64,000 nucleotides of DNA from Candidatus Bathyarchaeia archaeon (GCA_049512075.1 JBEKXL010000001.1:192001-256000), one strand, 5' to 3'. Positions 39,444-49,774 are shown, counted from the stretch's first letter. Notes: generated by a model not told the origin, from the letters alone. A program made the numbers and translations.

Positions 39444-40286
39444 ATGAGGACGAAAATCGTGTTTTCGGAGAAGTGTCTACGCTACGGGTCCTGGCACGTT
39501 GAAGGACCTGAAAGAGTCAGGAAAGCACATGAAATCCTGAGGAGCAAGGGCTACGAGTTCTTGAAGCCAGAACCAGCGTCAGAGGACGACTTGCTCAAGG
39601 TTCACGACCACGAGTACCTGTGGGCGGTCAAGAAGGGACTGGTCGAGGACGGCGACACCCCGGCCTATGACAACATTTTCGAGTACGCAAGACTCTCGGT
39701 CGGAGGAGCCATTCTGGCCGCAAATATCAAGGGGTTCTCGCTCATGCGTCCGCCTGGCCATCACGCGGGAAGGACTGGAATAGCGTTAGGCGCCGCCACT
39801 AGAGGGTTCTGCTATTTCAACAATATAGCCATAGCTGTGAAAAGCCTAGACAAACCCACTCTGATCTTGGACATCGACGGGCATCACGGAAACGGAACCC
39901 AAGAAATCTTCCAAGGCGACAAACAGGTAACATATGTCTCTTTGCATCGGCACCCGAACTATCCTGGCACAGGCACAGCCTCTGAAGGAAACTGCCATAA
40001 CTATCCTCTGCCACGAGATTGTGGAGACACCTTCTACGTAAAGACTCTCGACAAAGCGTTAGGCACCGTTGATATCGGCAGGTTTGAAGTCGTGGGTGTT
40101 TCGGCAGGGTTTGACACGCACGACGGAGACATAGCTTCACTTGGCCTGACGGCGAAAGGTTACAGGGCGATTGGAGAGAGGATTGGATCTTTAAAGAAGC
40201 CCACTTTCTTCGTCCTAGAAGGCGGCTACGAGGGTGAGAACGTGGGGAATGACATAGATCAACTTGTCAGGGGCTTTGAAGTCTAG
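39444..40286 (+). CDS. Histone deacetylase family amidohydrolase
   Basis: RPPGHHA, GFCYFNN, DIDGHHGNGT, SAGFD, LEGGY. Confidence 0.92.
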   Translation: MRTKIVFSEKCLRYGSWHVEGPERVRKAHEILRSKGYEFLKPEPASEDDLLKVHDHEYLWAVKKGLVEDGDTPAYDNIFEYARLSVGGAILAANIKGFSLMRPPGHHAGRTGIALGAATRGFCYFNNIAIAVKSLDKPTLILDIDGHHGNGTQEIFQGDKQVTYVSLHRHPNYPGTGTASEGNCHNYPLPRDCGDTFYVKTLDKALGTVDIGRFEVVGVSAGFDTHDGDIASLGLTAKGYRAIGERIGSLKKPTFFVLEGGYEGENVGNDIDQLVRGFEV

Positions 40287-40337
40287 CCGCTGTTCATCCG
40301 AAACGGATGCAACGAGTCGAAGAAGACTTAGATGACG

Positions 40338-41141
40338 CTATTTGATGAGTCTCCTTTTCATCAGGTTTATGGCCAGAACGAAAAAGACTGGTGTCACTGC
40401 CGCTATCCACACGAGACTTGGAATAAAGGATAGCTCCCCGCTGCCGAAAATCGACCACCTAGTCAAGTTCACAGTGTGCGTCAACGGCAGAACCGCCTGT
40501 GCAAAGATCTGAAGAGGCCGAGGAAGCAGTGTTAATGGAAAGAAAGTGCTGCTGAGCAAGAACATTGGAGTTATGAAAAGATACTGCGGATAATTGAAGA
40601 AATCTATGTTCGGCGCCAGCGCCGTGAAGCAGAGCCCGATTGCCGAGAACATCAGTCCAGCGAAGAAGGCCACCGGTAGAACCAGCAGGAACAGAGGACT
40701 CGAGATCAGTCCGAAGGCGGCTACGACGCCTAAGACTATGGCGCCACCGATGAGACTTCGGGTAGCGCCCCACAGTATCTCGCCTGCAATGACCTCTTCG
40801 ATGCTTATCGGCGTCGCTATGATGGCGTCGAAGGTCCTCTGATAGTACATGCGAACGAATGATCCGTACGTGCACTCAAAGAACGAGGAGTACATGATGG
40901 TTATCGACACCAAGGCGGGCGCTAGGAACTGTATGTACGATTGGCCTTCTATTGACTGTGTGATTAGCGCTCCCAAGCCGGTGCCCATAGCGGCGAGGTA
41001 GAAGATGGGTTCGAGCAGGGGAGGGAAAAAGTTCGTTTTGAAGGTTTTCATGAAGACGTCAAAGTTTCGCCGCCAGACCTTCCACACCCTATAGGTTAGT
41101 TTGGGTAGTCCGAAACCCTCAGGTTTCTGCGGAGCCGTCAC
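40338..41141 (-). CDS. ABC-2 permease (NodJ-like)
   Basis: LEPIFYL, FECTYGSF.RM, ITPMFL. Confidence 0.88.
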   Translation of the reverse strand: MTAPQKPEGFGLPKLTYRVWKVWRRNFDVFMKTFKTNFFPPLLEPIFYLAAMGTGLGALITQSIEGQSYIQFLAPALVSITIMYSSFFECTYGSFVRMYYQRTFDAIIATPISIEEVIAGEILWGATRSLIGGAIVLGVVAAFGLISSPLFLLVLPVAFFAGLMFSAIGLCFTALAPNIDFFNYPQYLFITPMFLLSSTFFPLTLLPRPLQIFAQAVLPLTHTVNLTRWSIFGSGELSFIPSLVWIAAVTPVFFVLAINLMKRRLIK

Positions 41142-42082
41142 TCTCTCAGTTTCCTCCCTGTCAAGTTCAGGAAGACATCCTCCAGGTTAGCGGCGCGGAC
41201 TGCGGCACCCTTCGTTGGGAAACTCTCAAGAAAGCTCGTGAAAACCCCGTGAGGTTGACTGGTGAACACGTGAATTCTTTCACCCACGACTTCAAGTCTT
41301 GCATCGGGGAATTTTTCTTTGAGCATGTTCATCACTTTTTCGTCATAGTCGACTTCCAGAACTTCCTCTCCGGCATGTTTCTTAACTAGGTCGACGGGTG
41401 CGCCTTCTTCGATGATCTTGCCGCTGTCCATGATCAGCGTTCGGTCGCAAAGCTCAGCCGCTTCATCCATGTAATGCGTGGTCAAGATTATGGTGACGCC
41501 CTGCTTCTTCAAGCTTCTAATCTTGTCCCATATCAAATGCCTAGCCTGCGGATCAAGACCCGTAGTCGGCTCGTCCAACAGGAGAACCTGCGGCTCATTA
41601 ATCAACGCCCTCGCCAATATCAGCCGCCTTTTCATTCCGGTTGACAGTTGGTCGATGACGACGTTTCGCTTCTCTTCCAACTGAGAAAACTTGAGCAGGT
41701 TCTCCGCGCGTTCCAGAGCCTCAGACTTCGGGATGTCAAAATATCGAGCGTACACAAGAAGGTTCGTTATGGTTGTAAAGTCCGGGTCAAGGTTCTCTTC
41801 CTGAGGAGCAACGCCTATCATCTTCTTTATTTCCCTGGGCTTTTCAGAAACGCTCATACCTGCCACAGTCAGGCTGCCCGAAGTCAAGGGTAAGACACAA
41901 TGAATCATCTTGATGGTTGTCGTTTTCCCCGCGCCGTTAGGCCCGAGGAAACCACAACACTCACCCTTAAAAACCTCAAAGTCTATGCTGTCCACCGCCA
42001 GCAAATCGTCGTACTTTTTCGTCAGACCCTCTGCTCTGATGAGGACTTCAGGCATCGTTCCCATTCCAACCCATAGTACCAC
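41138..42082 (-). CDS. ABC transporter ATPase (NodI-like)
   Basis: GPNGAGKT, LSTGMKRR, LLDEPTTGLDP. Confidence 0.92.
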   Translation of the reverse strand: MVLWVGMGTMPEVLIRAEGLTKKYDDLLAVDSIDFEVFKGECCGFLGPNGAGKTTTIKMIHCVLPLTSGSLTVAGMSVSEKPREIKKMIGVAPQEENLDPDFTTITNLLVYARYFDIPKSEALERAENLLKFSQLEEKRNVVIDQLSTGMKRRLILARALINEPQVLLLDEPTTGLDPQARHLIWDKIRSLKKQGVTIILTTHYMDEAAELCDRTLIMDSGKIIEEGAPVDLVKKHAGEEVLEVDYDEKVMNMLKEKFPDARLEVVGERIHVFTSQPHGVFTSFLESFPTKGAAVRAANLEDVFLNLTGRKLRE

Positions 42083-42297
42083 ATAGTTTCTTAAGAAAAT
42101 TCCTCTTCTATCCGAATTTCAGCCCGCGCCAAATTGTCAAACACGCGTGGACGAAGCTCAATACACGTAGATACATCCTCTCAGTTTATTGAAGTTAACG
42201 AAAATCCAACCTTATTTTCGTAGTATTTGAGCAGAACCGACACCTATGAGAAGCTATATTAACAACTTGATGTCAAATAGGCTCGCAAGGTGAAAAA

Positions 42298-42702
42298 ATG
42301 GCAGAAAAACCAACAGCAGCATTCGCGTTGTCTCTAATCGGAGCTATCTTCATCCTTCTGGGCGGCTTAGCCATGCTAGCTATAGGGGCTATTGCTGGCA
42401 CTACTTTTAGCCTCGCTGGCTTGGGCGACTTCGGCTTTGGCTTCTTGGCTGTAGGTGTTATTGGACTCATATGGGGAATAATAACGCTGTATGGCGCTAT
42501 CATGATGAACAGCACAGACAAATCTAGAGTCAGAACAGGCGCTATCCTAGTGCTAGTATTCTCAATAATAAGCTGGTTCGGCACTTTCGGAGGTTTCTTC
42601 ATCGGCTTCCTTCTGGGCTTGATAGGTGCTATACTCGGACTGACATGGAATCCCTCAACGACTGAAAGTACCGGAAAGCCGGCACCACCCGTGCCGCCAT
42701 AA
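42298..42702 (+). CDS. Gly-rich membrane protein
   Basis: GGTGA RBS; several TM helices; Pro-rich tail. Confidence 0.7.
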   Translation: MAEKPTAAFALSLIGAIFILLGGLAMLAIGAIAGTTFSLAGLGDFGFGFLAVGVIGLIWGIITLYGAIMMNSTDKSRVRTGAILVLVFSIISWFGTFGGFFIGFLLGLIGAILGLTWNPSTTESTGKPAPPVPP

Positions 42703-42705
42703 CCC

Positions 42706-42720
42706 TTTTTTGTTTTTTTT
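42706..42720 (+). terminator. Oligo-T terminator
   Basis: TTTTTTGTTTTTTTT immediately after stop at 42702. Confidence 0.6.
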
Positions 42721-42817
42721 ACTACGAGAAAACATGCGCACATTATTCTGTTAGTTCTGATTCTATTAAGAAAAGATACGGCTTCGCGAAGGCGCCACAT
42801 TGAAGTGGGCAAAGCAC

Positions 42818-42979
42818 CTATCTGCTGGATTTATTCAAGTATTCATAAAGTTGGCGTGTGTAATTGTTCAGAGAGTCCAATCGTTTGATCACGTCAGCCA
42901 ACTGGACCTCTAATCGAACAACTCTTTCTCGAAGATCAGCTAAATCTCTTGCAGAGGTTTGTTCAGACAGGTTTTCCAC
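42818..42979 (-). CDS. Small coiled-coil protein (below ORF-track cutoff)
   Basis: Manual translation MENLSEQTSARDLADLRERVVRLEVQLADVIKRLDSLNNYTRQLYEYLNKSSR with heptad pattern. Confidence 0.55.
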   Translation of the reverse strand: MENLSEQTSARDLADLRERVVRLEVQLADVIKRLDSLNNYTRQLYEYLNKSSR

Positions 42980-43179
42980 AGCCTTCCGAGCTTTCTTAGA
43001 AGGCTATCCCCCCGAAGGACCTAAAAAGCTTTGTCATCAGTGTCTTAACCAACCTCGCCTGCCCATGCCGAATCCCACGTGTTCCCTCGCTACCTACCGT
43101 GCACGCATGAGCCTTTGCAGCATGCGTCTCTCATGAACAATTGAAAGTGCACGCAATCATTCCAGAGTCTGCGTGGTTT

Positions 43180-43309
43180 TGGCGGGCCCGCAGGGATTTG
43201 AGCCCAAACGGGGTCAAGTCCCACGACCCAGTTGCCAAAAAATGGCAAACGAGCGCGTCAAAACCCGCGCTCTTCAAAGCCGAGAGTTCGAATCTCTCCC
43301 GGGCTACCA
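43180..43309. other. tRNA-like folded unit (two inverted tRNA 3-prime fragments); probable island junction
   Basis: Minus-strand ..TCAAATCCCTGCGGGCCCGCCA and plus-strand GAGAGTTCGAATCTCTCCCGGGCTACCA; no D arm or anticodon arm. Confidence 0.7.
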
Positions 43310-43390
43310 TCAACCCAAGTCAGGTCGACGTTCAAACTCTCGGAATCAGTGCCCGCGCTCAATTCCTTCGTTACTTTTTTCTCTATCCCT

Positions 43391-43555
43391 TTATCTTAGC
43401 GGGTGATTTCCCCGAGTTAGATAGAGTAGAACAATGCCTCCTGCGGCTGATAAGGCGGCTGCATACGTAAAGGCAATCAGGGGTGACATAAGAGCCCAGA
43501 GTGCTCCGACTACTGCGCTAGAGGCAAAGTCGCCAATGCCGTTAACCGTCTGCAG
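43391..43555 (-). pseudogene. C-terminal fragment of an MFS transporter
   Basis: LQTVNGIGDFASSAVVGALW..AFTYAAALSAAG; no start codon. Confidence 0.6.
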
Positions 43556-44284
43556 GCGGAGCTTTGACTTGTCTCACCGGTGCAGTTTCATACGCCGCAT
43601 CTTTAGTGAACCCCAATATATCCAATGCAATTAGCCTCGGCTCGTCAACAATTCCAACAGCCGACATCCCGACTCTTATTGCGAACGGCGCTACCGTTGT
43701 GTGCTCTTTCACATCTTGAAGAACCTTTCTCTGTGAACCCAAAATAGCGCTCGCACGTGGCAGCGCTATTTTTTTCTATTTCTTTTAACCAACATATTTC
43801 CTAATGAATTCGTTTGGCCCTTGGTCGCTAAGGTCTTTTCTATGTTTACGGAAACAATTTAATTCAAAATTCGATGTTGGTCTCACGACAATCATCGATT
43901 AGTGTTACCGCGTAAGGTTCCTATTCGATTTTGAGTGAAATTTTAGTTTTCACACAAGCTCGAAAGAGTATGGAGACGTGTAGTTCCGAGTTCTGCAACC
44001 ACTCTCCTTCTGAAAATAATTTGGAAGGGAAATTCGCTTTTCTAAAAAAAGCGGTTAAACCCAAAGACTGTGTAAGAAAATTGAAATCTGTTTTTTATAT
44101 AGAAATGAAGGCGCGCCGCGCCCGCTTCCTATTTGAGACGTGAAGACTCGTTCTTATTTGAATTAAGGTTTTGAACCCTTTTGGGTTTAGGGACGAATGA
44201 GTTTAGACCTCTACCGGACTTGCGGGCTTGCGTCCGAGATAGACTTTCAGCATCATTTGCCAATTATTCAGACGAGTTGGAACC

Positions 44285-44333
44285 CAAGATAGCCCGATGG
44301 GAATTGAACTTCGCAGTGGGGACTTTGACCCCA
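44285..44333. repeat. tRNA T-arm-like repeat copy
   Basis: CAAGATAGCCCGATGGGAATTGAAC then GGGGACTTTGACCCCA. Confidence 0.65.
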
Positions 44334-44673
44334 TGATTAAGACTTTGTTTCCTCATTAGAGGGTTTGTCGCGGTCTTCTCCATGGCCAATATGGGTTTTA
44401 TGCGACCCGGGTGTTATTGCCGCGAAATACGATGGATCTTTGTGCCATGGAAACATGGGTGGTCTTTTTAGTTTCCCAGGTTCTTTTTCTGCTATGAGAG
44501 TATTTCTTCCCTGCTCAAGATCTGTTGAACGCTGAATGTAGTACGATGCAAATTAGCGCGCGCGCTTTTTCACCGTTTTTTTCCCTATTTTTGTTTCGAG
44601 TCGTTAATCTTAACAATACCTGTTTTGATCCGTCAGACGAGCAAATTATTTTACTATCTAGCAAGATAAAGGC

Positions 44674-45291
44674 TTGATTAAAAGAGGGAGCGATGAAATG
44701 GGAAAGGGATCATACCTTGACATGACTCCCGAAATGCGGGATTTTGCGAAAGAATTACTTTCTGATTCTGATTTTAAAGAAGCCGATAGATTATCCTGGG
44801 ATCTTGCTCAGGGCACTAAAAAAATGCGGCTGGACGCGAGAGTTCGTCTTATGGAAATCGTTAAACCGCCACCGAAAAGACCGCTGGAATATGCCCAGCA
44901 TGAAATTCAATATCTTCCCCAGTCGACGCGAAACAGTATTCGTTATCTTGGCGATTATATAGACCTTTTAGTTAAGGCTTATGCGTTTGAGGTTACGAAA
45001 AATCCTCGTTGCAAGGAGACTTCTTTAAACGGGAATCTTCAAAGATTGAGTTCCACTAAACATGGCGTTCCCTTGCAGTTAATTGATAATTTGAGAAGAT
45101 ACAACGCTTTGTTCTATAATCCAGCCAAACATGACTTTAGCACTCCCCCGCCTGATCGCGAGCACCATTTCACTTCGATAGAGACTATTTACTTGGTTTT
45201 TCTCTCGATGAAGCTTGCAGATGATATCAAGAAAATCTCGCCTTTGGCTAATCTGGTGAGTCTTGATAAAGAATCGATTCAGGAGTTTTAG
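44674..45291 (+). CDS. Hypothetical protein, HEPN-like
   Basis: All-helical pattern; YNPAKH at the position of the RxxxxH motif. Confidence 0.5.
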   Translation: MIKRGSDEMGKGSYLDMTPEMRDFAKELLSDSDFKEADRLSWDLAQGTKKMRLDARVRLMEIVKPPPKRPLEYAQHEIQYLPQSTRNSIRYLGDYIDLLVKAYAFEVTKNPRCKETSLNGNLQRLSSTKHGVPLQLIDNLRRYNALFYNPAKHDFSTPPPDREHHFTSIETIYLVFLSMKLADDIKKISPLANLVSLDKESIQEF

Positions 45292-45463
45292 GAACTGAAT
45301 TTGTATTGTTCCATTAGCAATCTATGACGCTTTTTCCGACATAGCCAAAACTCCACTCGACTGTTCATACTTTCAATTTGTGCTTGGTAGCAAATATGCC
45401 TGCCGCGGAATTGTACCTATCCGACGGGAATGGAACCCCGTGGAGTGAATCTGACCACTCTAA

Positions 45464-45513
45464 CACGACAAGAGATGGCCCGAGGGGATTTGAACCCAAA
45501 TGGGGTCAAGTCC
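45464..45513. repeat. tRNA T-arm-like repeat copy
   Basis: CACGACAAGAGATGGCCCGAGGGGATTTGAACCCAAATGGGGTCAAGTCC; first 27 nt match 49059-49085 at 26/27. Confidence 0.8.
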
Positions 45514-45664
45514 ATTCGTTTGCGCGCGCGCTTCTTGTCAAACGGCCTTGCTCGCCTTGTTAGCTCGCGCAGATTCACAGCCTATACAGTTGACTAGCGG
45601 GTAGGCGTCTGTTTCAGTTTGGTTGGCGTGCTTTGTCTTAGCGCGCGCGTTTCGGCACCGCATT

Positions 45665-46552
45665 CTAATGAAAATAGTTTTTGTCTGATATTTCGCCTTT
45701 TGTAACTTTCTCCACGAGACAATCAAGCAATTCGCCGTATGTGTGTATAAGTGAATTAAATTTAGTTTCAAGTTCTCGAAGTCTAATCCTCTTTTCTTTC
45801 TTTTCCATGACAAAAACAAGGCTCGAAGACTTATAATCGTAATAGAATTTTTCATGTGCCACACAATTCCTTATTTGATTTGCCTTGATTTCCCATTCTT
45901 CTGTATCCAGTACTCGTAGCGAAGGATAGTCACAAAGAAACCTTATCAACTCTTCATCGTTTTCTGGTCCTTTTCCAAGCTTCGCTTTGTAAATCTTGTT
46001 TAGCATTCCCTTTGTCCATTCATACCATGCCACATAGCCGTGTGCGACAATGAAGGCTTTCAACTTACGATTTCTTAGATTTCCAGCTAGACTTTGAATC
46101 TCTACATTGAATTGGATATTTCTCGTTCTGAACTGCATTCTCTCCTTTCGAGTATCATCGTAAAGTCTTTTTAACGTCTTAGGAGTCATGTCGAAAAGCT
46201 TCGTATATTCTTCTGTCCTTTTCCCTCGTGCTTCCCAAAACCACTTCATATAATTCTTGAGATATTCGCCCTTCACGTTTTGGATTGTCCTTGCCCATTC
46301 CTCTACATCATCCATTACCAGCTTGAACAGAAGCCTACCATACCAAAAGTCGTAAATATCCAGATTCTTGTTGAATGCCTCAGCACGGATTTCTCTAACT
46401 GAAAATACCTTTGTCCAATTTCCTCTGCAATTTATTTCCAGATTCTTTGAAGTTAGTATTAATTCGCCCCCGTCACAAATACACTTTTTAGCGCGTGAAT
46501 ACGCTACGCCTTTGAAAACGCCTTTTTTCACAACTTTTCCATTACGTTGCAT
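45665..46552 (-). CDS. Hypothetical protein with C-terminal HEPN-like domain
   Basis: RNCVAH motif; N-terminal PH-like beta region (GELILTSKNL). Confidence 0.55.
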   Translation of the reverse strand: MQRNGKVVKKGVFKGVAYSRAKKCICDGGELILTSKNLEINCRGNWTKVFSVREIRAEAFNKNLDIYDFWYGRLLFKLVMDDVEEWARTIQNVKGEYLKNYMKWFWEARGKRTEEYTKLFDMTPKTLKRLYDDTRKERMQFRTRNIQFNVEIQSLAGNLRNRKLKAFIVAHGYVAWYEWTKGMLNKIYKAKLGKGPENDEELIRFLCDYPSLRVLDTEEWEIKANQIRNCVAHEKFYYDYKSSSLVFVMEKKEKRIRLRELETKFNSLIHTYGELLDCLVEKVTKGEISDKNYFH

Positions 46553-46564
46553 GATAGGTGACTC

Positions 46565-47167
46565 TCATGGTTCGAAAGTTATCAATTTTCCACCGTTAAA
46601 GACATTTCCACAGCAGGGGCATACGAACAAGACTTGGCTCATATTGAAGAAAAAATGCAGAAATTGCCCAATCTGTTTTGAGGGTATCTTGATGCCTTCT
46701 CTGTGAATTTCCAGCATGCTAAGGAACCATTCAGACTGTTCTCCAAGGATTCTCCATGCTTCCTCAATTTTACCGTTCTTAATCAAAGATTCGTCAATTC
46801 CATTTATGGTTCTCACACTTTCGACTTTTTCGTTTAGTTCCGTCTTTGCCTTATCACAATAATCTGGAAGAAGAGCATTGACTTTCTCTTTATCATCTAT
46901 CCCTTCTTTTGGTTCGAATCTAATGTGCCAATAGCTTTTCTGGTCACCTTGAACTCGGCTCGGATGAAAGAGAAAACAATACCATTTCGTGCCCTTCTGA
47001 ATCAAACCCAAAACTATCGGACGCACCTTTAGACGCAAAGTATCATAGACACTATGCAAAAAATCTGAATAAGACATTTTTGGGTTCGTTGGTATTTCAA
47101 TATAGGTTTCCCAGATGCGGTTTAAGTGTGGCTTCTCCATTTTCCTCACAGCAGAACAATGCCACAA
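46565..47167 (-). CDS. Hypothetical protein
   Basis: 200-aa ORF; WYCFLFH..HIRFE; C-terminal CPCCG. Confidence 0.6.
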   Translation of the reverse strand: MWHCSAVRKMEKPHLNRIWETYIEIPTNPKMSYSDFLHSVYDTLRLKVRPIVLGLIQKGTKWYCFLFHPSRVQGDQKSYWHIRFEPKEGIDDKEKVNALLPDYCDKAKTELNEKVESVRTINGIDESLIKNGKIEEAWRILGEQSEWFLSMLEIHREGIKIPSKQIGQFLHFFFNMSQVLFVCPCCGNVFNGGKLITFEP

Positions 47168-47509
47168 ATTACGTTATAACTATAGCTGTCTAGACTTGAT
47201 TAACATCCACCTCACGGAATCACCACACGCATAGCACGCGCGCTGAGTGATGGGAATTGCGAAGAAGCAGTTGTGATTTGCCCGATACACGATCAGATCA
47301 TTCCAGTGACTGCGACCTACCGTACATGGTAGTTCTATTGCTCGCCCAGAGCAAGAGATAAGAGTGAAGAGGCTTGAAAACGAACGTGGAAATAGGAGTT
47401 CTTTCATATCTTAACACTTATGGCAACACCCGAGAAAGTGACCTGATAGACTGCAGATACAGACTTGGCGAATCTTCGGAGAAAGAAAACCCCGCCAAGG
47501 AGGTAAACC

Positions 47510-47923
47510 ATGAAAAAAGGAAGGATCCAAAAAAAACGAAACCGGTGGTATGAGCAGACAGAACGCGCGCAGTCGCAGAGCACAAAGTTGTGGACTACAG
47601 GTGGTGAGACTCGCGCGCCTCAGTCAGTCTATGAAAAAGTTCAGAAGGAACTGACTGGTAAGAGTCACGATGAACTTCTTGAGAGGTTTGAGAAGCGCTG
47701 GAATTTTCTTTGGGAGAACAGGGCAAAAGTGAAGAAGACATATCCTAAATTCTCACAGGCACAAAACATGACCGATGAGGAGCTTATTGAAGCTATTGCC
47801 CAGATAGAATCCGACCTTGCAATCAACACTGACAGAGAGATCGCTATAGCTTTTCTACAGGACCAGAAGCGTTTTGAAGGCAGACAAAAAGGAAGAGTGG
47901 ATAAATCTTTCCGTGAACACTAG
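47510..47923 (+). CDS. Hypothetical helical protein, possibly chimeric
   Basis: GGAGG RBS; two CGCGCGC tracts in 5-prime part. Confidence 0.4.
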   Translation: MKKGRIQKKRNRWYEQTERAQSQSTKLWTTGGETRAPQSVYEKVQKELTGKSHDELLERFEKRWNFLWENRAKVKKTYPKFSQAQNMTDEELIEAIAQIESDLAINTDREIAIAFLQDQKRFEGRQKGRVDKSFREH

Positions 47924-48160
47924 CAGGCAATCTCAAGCGCGCGCAACGTCGTTCCGGTTCAGCCTAGCCAAAATAGAACATGAACGCTCGGGCTTCTCCA
48001 TACACATCATTACATACATACCCAAGCACAGGTAAATAAGAAAATGTCAACCTCCAGAATTTAGCGAGACCCTAGCGCGCGCACTTACAAAGAGGAATTT
48101 AGGAACACGCTAGCGCGCTAGTTCGACAAACACAACATTAAGTTCGGGAAGCAACCAGAA

Positions 48161-48868
48161 CTAACCCCATTCTGCAAAAGACCTAGGCTCAAGATTCCAT
48201 ACGCAACTCTCTTTGACCCTCGCGTATCTCCAACATTGAGGCAGAAGTCTATGTTCTCTTTCAAATTGGTCAATGACCGTAATTCTAGCCTCAATTTTGA
48301 GTTCCTCGTTCAATGCCCACTTGTATTGATCCTGACTTATACTGAAACCTCCAAAAACTGTTGTGTGAGGATTCAAATTCCACTCTGTTTTTCCTGTATA
48401 GTATCCGCTTTCATCTTGGAGGTCCTTCACGTCATTGCCAATAATGACCTTGGTCTCGATTCTAATTCTTACGGGTAAAGAGTTACCCGCATGCTCTATC
48501 AACGTGGCAACAAACGGCAACGAGTCTCCAGGACGAGGATTCGCAGGTGTTGATGCGGTTGTTAAACGCAACAAAATAGGTGACACAAGGTTTCGTGTGT
48601 ATTCCTCGTACACTTGGTCTCTGCGCCTTCTTAATTCCTCAAACCTGTATTTGTTTCCCCTCTTACTCTTCGGATTGTAACGGTCAATTTTGGCGTGACA
48701 TTCATAACAAGCGGGCATTCCATTTTCTATGTTGTTGCCTCCATCGGGGTCAATGTGAGCTATCTCAATGTCTACTCCGCAAGCTTTCTTGCATAGACAA
48801 CAGTGACGGTCACTCCAAAGAAGCATTTTTATTTTGTCTTCGGGTCTAAATTCGGGTGGCCGAGGCAT
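48161..48868 (-). CDS. HNH endonuclease domain protein
   Basis: CCLC..EIAHID..GGNNIENGMPACYECH. Confidence 0.85.
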   Translation of the reverse strand: MPRPPEFRPEDKIKMLLWSDRHCCLCKKACGVDIEIAHIDPDGGNNIENGMPACYECHAKIDRYNPKSKRGNKYRFEELRRRRDQVYEEYTRNLVSPILLRLTTASTPANPRPGDSLPFVATLIEHAGNSLPVRIRIETKVIIGNDVKDLQDESGYYTGKTEWNLNPHTTVFGGFSISQDQYKWALNEELKIEARITVIDQFEREHRLLPQCWRYARVKESCVWNLEPRSFAEWG

Positions 48869-49058
48869 GTCTTTCCTCCGTGGTCTTAGCCTGTCGTATT
48901 ACTATTATCCGATTTGACTCAATGCGCATCGGCACTTAAAACGTTGTTTCTTTGATTTTTGAATAGAAATCAAGCAAGCTCTAACTACGGAAAACCAGCG
49001 CGCGCTGGCATCTGAAAAAAACCTCAGTAGCGATTCAATAATAAGTTTGACGAATTTT

Positions 49059-49087
49059 CACGGCAAGAGATGGCCCGAGGGGATTAG
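49059..49087. repeat. Truncated tRNA T-arm-like repeat copy
   Basis: CACGGCAAGAGATGGCCCGAGGGGATTAG, ending at (GC)n tract 49090-49098. Confidence 0.8.
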
Positions 49088-49098
49088 ACCGCGCGCGC

Positions 49099-49461
49099 TA
49101 CACCTTAAGAAAGGACACAAGACCCGAATTAGTGCAAAGAGTCGGCATAAGAGTACGTGAGACAAACAATCTAGTTGAAAGGATGCACGGCACAGTCAAA
49201 GACAGAACAAGAGTAATGAGAGGACTCAAAAGCTTCGATTCTACAAAGTCACTTCTGGAAGGCTTCACAATTCACTACAACTATGTGAGACCACACCAAA
49301 GCCTAGGCGGAAAAACGCCAGCACAAGCAGCAAGAACACAAGCACCTTGCACGTGGAAAGGATTGATAGACGAAGCAACAAAACATGAAGCGCAACTTCT
49401 GGCCAAAACTACAAGTCCTGAGAAAACGGAGAAAAGAGAAATGGAGGCGGTAGTGAAATGA
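49099..49461 (+). pseudogene. C-terminal fragment of IS6-type transposase
   Basis: YTLRKDTRPELV..NNLVERMHGT..YNYVRPH..GKTPA, homologous to 15783-16553; first two catalytic Asp regions missing. Confidence 0.85.
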
Positions 49462-49626
49462 GAAAAGTCTTAGTTGCTCTTCCCGAAAATGTGGCCGATC
49501 TCTTGAACAGGGAGCGCGCGCGGAACGATAGGTGAGACTTGTTCAGACACCTTGCGAACAATAATAATGAGTTGGCTGTCAGAGAAAGGATATTTGACGA
49601 AAGGTGGGAAGCATGGCAAAGAATAA
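49458..49626 (+). pseudogene. Ribbon-helix-helix-like small regulator, frameshifted at (GC)n
   Basis: MRKVLVALPENVADLLNRE / GTIGETCSDTLRTIIMSWLSEKGYL; ATGA-coupled to transposase fragment; 169 nt (one base out of frame). Confidence 0.6.
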
Positions 49627-49765
49627 ACCAAAACGAGAACTTACAGAAGAGGTTGACCTATTAGACGCTATGCTTTCAAGGCTTGTAGAATTGCTTGAAG
49701 AGAAAGGCATATTGACTCAAGAAGAATGGGAGAAGCATATCAAAGAAAGAGTCGTCGTGAAATAG
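49613..49765 (+). CDS. Small acidic helical protein (below ORF-track cutoff)
   Basis: MAKNKPKRELTEEVDLLDAMLSRLVELLEEKGILTQEEWEKHIKERVVVK; GGTGG RBS. Confidence 0.65.
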   Translation: MAKNKPKRELTEEVDLLDAMLSRLVELLEEKGILTQEEWEKHIKERVVVK

Positions 49766-49774
49766 GTATTCTAT

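Noticed and set aside
43180-43309. Complete or permuted tRNA gene
   Set aside because: No D arm or anticodon arm on either strand and no BHB junction; kept only as a tRNA-like/att feature.
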